Shown here: one piece after another, positions 27,807-31,781 of the stretch
Layout: each line of letters opens with the position of its first letter
Position numbering within the stretch: the stretch's first letter is position 1
The notes under the pieces: generated by a model
Databases searched by the model: none
What the model was told of the DNA's origin: nothing
What the model saw: the letters and a program-made list of their open reading frames with translations, nothing else
Translations under genes and position numbers: made by a program
Assembly: GCA_003645825.1 (NCBI GenBank)
Contig: QNCQ01000001.1
Coordinates: forward strand, 1-31,781
DNA from: Fidelibacterota bacterium
GTDB lineage: Bacteria; Fidelibacterota; UBA2242; B5-G15
Direction: 5' to 3'
Length of the DNA: 31,781 nt

Positions 27807-28892
27807 ATGAAAGTACTTGATAAACTCGTTTTAAAAAACTTCTTTTACCTATTCCTGCTGGTCATTGCAACCTTCATTTCCATTTTTTTAATCGTAGATG
27901 TCATCGAAAAAATTGACATTTTCATAAAAAATCGACTCACTATAGATCAGGCCGTAATGTATTATCTCTATCAGCTACCTTTCTTTGTCAACATTGCTCT
28001 ACCCATGTCCTTGCTGATTGCAACGGTATTTACTCTGGGCTTCCTGAAAAAGAATAACGAGCTAGCGGCTATAAAGTCTTCGGGCATCAGTATGTACAGG
28101 GTATCGGCTCCACTCCTTATCGCGGGGGTTTTGTTTACTCTGTTTTCCTTTGTCATCGAGGATTACCTTGTCATACCGGCAAACAGGAAGAGAATAGAAA
28201 TCGAAAGGGATCAGCTAAAGAGGCGCAAATACAGGAAAAAGACCACCCTTGAAAACCTTTCCTTTCAGGATTCCCAGAATTGCAACGTTTTTATTCGCTG
28301 GTATTCGGTAAAGATGAATTATGGAAAAGATATATCTATACAATACTTCAATGACAATGTTCTGATAAAAAGGGTCGACGCAAAAACGGTAAAATGGGAT
28401 GAAAAAGAAGGCACGTGGAGGATAAAAAACTACATCTTAAGAGAGCTGGATCCTGAAGATGGACAGTTTTTTGCCAGAAGTGGCATCGACAGTACGGTAA
28501 ATCTCAGGCTGAAACCTGAAGATATGACTTTCCTCACGCTCAATCCAGAGGGTATGAGAATAAAAGAGTTAAGAATATTCATCAAACGCATTGTCTCTAC
28601 TGGTAATGACCCTGCAAGATGGCTCGTTAATCTACACTACAAGTTTGCTTTTCCTTTTACCTGCTTTATTGTAATCCTTATAGGAATACCTATTTCGGTA
28701 CTCAGACCCGGTAAAGATATTGCCTTTGGTGCCGGTTTTAGTCTCCTTCTAATTTTTATTTATTACGGGCTAATAAAATTCGGCCAGTCCCTTGGCTACC
28801 ACCAGATACTTCCCCCAGCTCTCTCTGTGTGGATAGCAAACTGCCTCTATTTCGTTACGGGCGGATATCTATTTTACAGAATACGCCAGTGA
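27807..28892 (+). CDS. lptG: LptF/LptG-family LPS export permease
   Basis: 3+3 TM layout, NELAAIKSSGIS, KFAFPFTCF, SVWIAN. The G versus F assignment is tentative. Confidence 0.85.
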   Translation: MKVLDKLVLKNFFYLFLLVIATFISIFLIVDVIEKIDIFIKNRLTIDQAVMYYLYQLPFFVNIALPMSLLIATVFTLGFLKKNNELAAIKSSGISMYRVSAPLLIAGVLFTLFSFVIEDYLVIPANRKRIEIERDQLKRRKYRKKTTLENLSFQDSQNCNVFIRWYSVKMNYGKDISIQYFNDNVLIKRVDAKTVKWDEKEGTWRIKNYILRELDPEDGQFFARSGIDSTVNLRLKPEDMTFLTLNPEGMRIKELRIFIKRIVSTGNDPARWLVNLHYKFAFPFTCFIVILIGIPISVLRPGKDIAFGAGFSLLLIFIYYGLIKFGQSLGYHQILPPALSVWIANCLYFVTGGYLFYRIRQ

Positions 28893-28899
28893 AAATTTT

Positions 28900-30228
28900 T
28901 TATAGCTTCGAAGTATACACTAGAAATGAAAACTTCACCCCTTGCATCTTTCTCAGAATAAACCCGTTGCAGAATCCTACTGCCCAGTCGATATTAACCA
29001 GACCCAAGTGGTAACCACCCCCCAAAGCAAATTCCCTTATCTCTTTTCCACCAACTGACACACCCATACGAACTGGGGCTTTTACCGATCTCAGAACCTC
29101 GACACCGATAGCAAACTTCCAGCGACCGAAGCTATACAGCCGATCTTGAAAACCCGCCACAAAATCCGAAGTCAGAACCACATCTTCAATTACTTTTGAG
29201 ACGCTGAATCTAAAAAGAGCAGGGTACTTCATTATAAAAACTGAGGTATCTCTGAACGTTCGCCCCTCTCCAACGATTATTTCGTTATAAGGAATACCCT
29301 GAAAAAATTTATCAAATCGAGCCTCATTCACTCTAAAACGGTATTCATAGAAATCCCCCTCAGAAGGGAGAATTTTCTCAGGCTTGACAAGTCTTGCAAG
29401 CAGAGTTCTTTTGTTCCAGTAAATCCGGCCAAATACATTGCTTAAAGATATCCCCAGCCTGTATCCATCTATAAGCCGGGAGGTCAAGCCAATATCAAAA
29501 GAATACCCCATACCCCCCACTGTCTGCTGGAAATAATATCTTCCTTCCCCCTCTATGTAGTTTTTCTCCGGAGTAAAATGGGTTGTGATATAACCGAAAC
29601 TCGAATCAGGATTAAACCCCATATAGAGTAATCCCTGAAGATATTTGAAAGAAAAGCCTATATTAAAGTCTTTAAACGGTACTCCAAAAGAAAAAGCCCA
29701 CTGTCCAATTCCCACAATTTCCTCATTCATCCTAAGGTCAAGAGTTTTGTTTACCTCATTCCCTTCAACAAGAAACCTGACAAGATCTTTTGCTATGCCT
29801 ATATCAGAAATGAGCAAAATATCGTAAGTAATGGCGTGATTTCCCTTTGAGTAGTTCACCATTGGTACAGGTACATGTAAGTCCATGAAAATTCGCCAGC
29901 CGACATCCGGAATTTCAGAAAGGAAAGCCTTCTTAAGCCGCTGATTATTAGCCTCAAAATCCTTACCGTTGTACTTTTTATATCTCTTAATCGAAAGAAA
30001 GTTGTTGATTACGCTAAAGCCCGCGCCAGCAATCAGTCTTACCTCGCTTACCCCATCTTTTATAGCCAGATTTGCTGGATTGTAATCAACACAGAAAAGG
30101 CCTCTGGAAACTGTACCGTAAGCACCACATAAAGCCATTGCTCTTGGATCTGTTCTCGTCTGGGAAAGAAGTACTCCATTTAGAAGAGAAGAAACTATAA
30201 GGAAAGCAAGAATATCTGAACTTCTCAT
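28900..30228 (-). CDS. Outer-membrane beta-barrel, DUF5723-like
   Basis: Signal peptide; DPRAMALCGAY...YNPANLA; SFKYLQG, GYSFDIG, NVFGRIYW; amphipathic strands. Confidence 0.6.
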   Translation of the reverse strand: MRSSDILAFLIVSSLLNGVLLSQTRTDPRAMALCGAYGTVSRGLFCVDYNPANLAIKDGVSEVRLIAGAGFSVINNFLSIKRYKKYNGKDFEANNQRLKKAFLSEIPDVGWRIFMDLHVPVPMVNYSKGNHAITYDILLISDIGIAKDLVRFLVEGNEVNKTLDLRMNEEIVGIGQWAFSFGVPFKDFNIGFSFKYLQGLLYMGFNPDSSFGYITTHFTPEKNYIEGEGRYYFQQTVGGMGYSFDIGLTSRLIDGYRLGISLSNVFGRIYWNKRTLLARLVKPEKILPSEGDFYEYRFRVNEARFDKFFQGIPYNEIIVGEGRTFRDTSVFIMKYPALFRFSVSKVIEDVVLTSDFVAGFQDRLYSFGRWKFAIGVEVLRSVKAPVRMGVSVGGKEIREFALGGGYHLGLVNIDWAVGFCNGFILRKMQGVKFSFLVYTSKL

Positions 30229-30236
30229 TTAGCCTT

Positions 30237-31781
30237 TTATTGTTCTTGCTGTTCTTGAATTACGTTCCTGGTATCTATAGTAATGGATAACAGAGAAAGA
30301 ATTCCTATTTTATTGTCTTCTGAAATTCTGACATAGGATGTAGTGCTGTCGAGGTGTATTCTCGGTCTTATGTAATGGGTAATATCTTTTACTAATAACC
30401 TGACCTTTGTTGTATCAAATGGAGCTTCCTGACTTTCAACTCCAGGTTGAAGAATAGAACCACCCACTTCATCTATCAGTGCAGGAGGCAACCGGAGAGA
30501 TATCAGAGTATCTATATCAATGTAGCACAAGCCTGTATCTGTTTCGGCAAAAAGCGAATCGCCTATCCAGATGAAACCCGAATCCAGATGCTCAGGTAAA
30601 CTATCAAGAGGAAAGTAATCATAGTTAGAAAAAAGAAGCTGAAGAGTCCCAGAAAGCGGACAACCATTACTGACATTATAGAAAAGACTCGCACTAACCA
30701 ATCCCGAGTTGATTTTATCACGGGTCGTTTCATCAACTGGCTCCAGCACCGTGGATTTGACAGGAATGAACGTTACAGGACGCGTCTTCACCACGAAAGG
30801 AACCTCAACATTGTACTTTCCCCAGAACGATTTCCCAACCTGCAGCCGGGATGTATCATTGGAAGGAATATATGCTGTGCCAGTGACTCTGATGGAATCC
30901 GGGAGAATATTAAATATTGGCGCAAGATTCACCTTTATCTCTGATTCGGCAATGGGTTTGTGATCCGTTGCCTTTTTTATGGTATCTGCAGTCATTACCT
31001 CCGCAGCAACTTTCCCTTCTTTGTATCCAGAAAGCTGCATGTCCAAATAGGTTTGAGTTTGTATTTCGTTGTAAATGGTTACAACAAGGTATGCGTATTT
31101 AAACTCTATGAAGTCAAATCCCTCAGGGATATTTTTTATTACCATCGGGGGTATATCAAAGTAAAGATTGAAGAAACCAACTATTTCAGAAAGCAAAATG
31201 TCCGAAATAAAAAAGTTTACATCTATGCTTCCTGCTCCCGAACCAACTTTTATGGTAACCAGAGAATCATCTGTATTAGGCAACAGTTCAAAGAATGCTC
31301 CCACCAGAATTGAATCGACTACGGACATTCCATCAGGATTGCGTAACGTATCACCATCAATTCGAATGGAACTTAAGCTACTCAAATTTGCATGGACTGT
31401 ATCTGAAAAAGTAACGTATCCATTTTCATCAAAGAAATTCAAAAAACTCAACCTGCACAAAAAGTTGATGTCAGTACTATTGTCAAACCGAAGGGATATA
31501 AAGTTTGTATCGGAGGGATTCGTTGCCGTCTGCGCAATGACAGCTCTTATGATCGTATTCTTGGATCTTGGTAGGGCGTTTTCAAAGGCTATAGAGAAAG
31601 GTTTAGGAATACCGGTGACGCTTTCAACATCGTTAACACTTAATTCCACCATCAGAGAGGCGGAAGGATCGGTCCCCGCAGGAATGGTATAAGGCTCCCC
31701 ATCTGTACCAGCTACGGTAGCAGCAATAGCAAAATAAACCGAGTCGGAAATCCTGACTCCAGCTAAGTTATTTCCACCTCC
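30237..31781 (-). CDS. Large beta-rich hypothetical protein, 5'-partial (probable partner of the downstream barrel)
   Basis: The frame of ORF 30237..31652 stays open for 43 more codons to the window edge (GGGNNLAGVRISDSVYF...), so the ATG at 31652 is internal. Confidence 0.7.
   Translation of the reverse strand, partial: GGGNNLAGVRISDSVYFAIAATVAGTDGEPYTIPAGTDPSASLMVELSVNDVESVTGIPKPFSIAFENALPRSKNTIIRAVIAQTATNPSDTNFISLRFDNSTDINFLCRLSFLNFFDENGYVTFSDTVHANLSSLSSIRIDGDTLRNPDGMSVVDSILVGAFFELLPNTDDSLVTIKVGSGAGSIDVNFFISDILLSEIVGFFNLYFDIPPMVIKNIPEGFDFIEFKYAYLVVTIYNEIQTQTYLDMQLSGYKEGKVAAEVMTADTIKKATDHKPIAESEIKVNLAPIFNILPDSIRVTGTAYIPSNDTSRLQVGKSFWGKYNVEVPFVVKTRPVTFIPVKSTVLEPVDETTRDKINSGLVSASLFYNVSNGCPLSGTLQLLFSNYDYFPLDSLPEHLDSGFIWIGDSLFAETDTGLCYIDIDTLISLRLPPALIDEVGGSILQPGVESQEAPFDTTKVRLLVKDITHYIRPRIHLDSTTSYVRISEDNKIGILSLLSITIDTRNVIQEQQEQ

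Overview
AT-rich, gene-dense bacterial chromosomal window. PorV-family barrels, a ComEA-type HhH outer-membrane protein and a DUF5723-like barrel point to the FCB superphylum. Clear GGAGG Shine-Dalgarno sites argue against Bacteroidota proper; Candidatus Marinimicrobia or a related lineage is my best inference, not verified. Left to right: a porV-like gene with a downstream M6-peptidase-like gene (partial, missing from the ORF track); mltB; a two-gene unit with a degenerate PAS histidine kinase and a GH63-like lipoprotein; a tightly coupled minus-strand run eno-ftsB-motA-motB-barrel-HhH protein-amidase-murI-folC-rho; a translationally coupled four-gene operon (nucleosidase/phosphorylase, GT2, ParB-N-like, SPL-like radical SAM); nudF preceded by a GC-rich 90-nt structured element; a TrkA-domain K+ channel; a phasin-like + UbiB/ABC1 pair; a secreted fungal-type neutral trehalase; lptG; a DUF5723-like barrel and its 5'-truncated partner. 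I saw no tRNA, rRNA, CRISPR array or transposase. Best candidates for undescribed biology: (1) the four-gene radical-SAM/ParB-like/GT2/nucleosidase operon, whose SPL homolog lacks both radical-relay residues; (2) a Na+-type MotAB stator inside a cell-wall/division operon with no flagellar genes nearby; (3) the anti-SD-rich structured RNA upstream of nudF; (4) three apparently catalytically dead enzyme homologs in the first 6.5 kb. All motif comparisons were made by eye against remembered consensus sequences; no database search was run.
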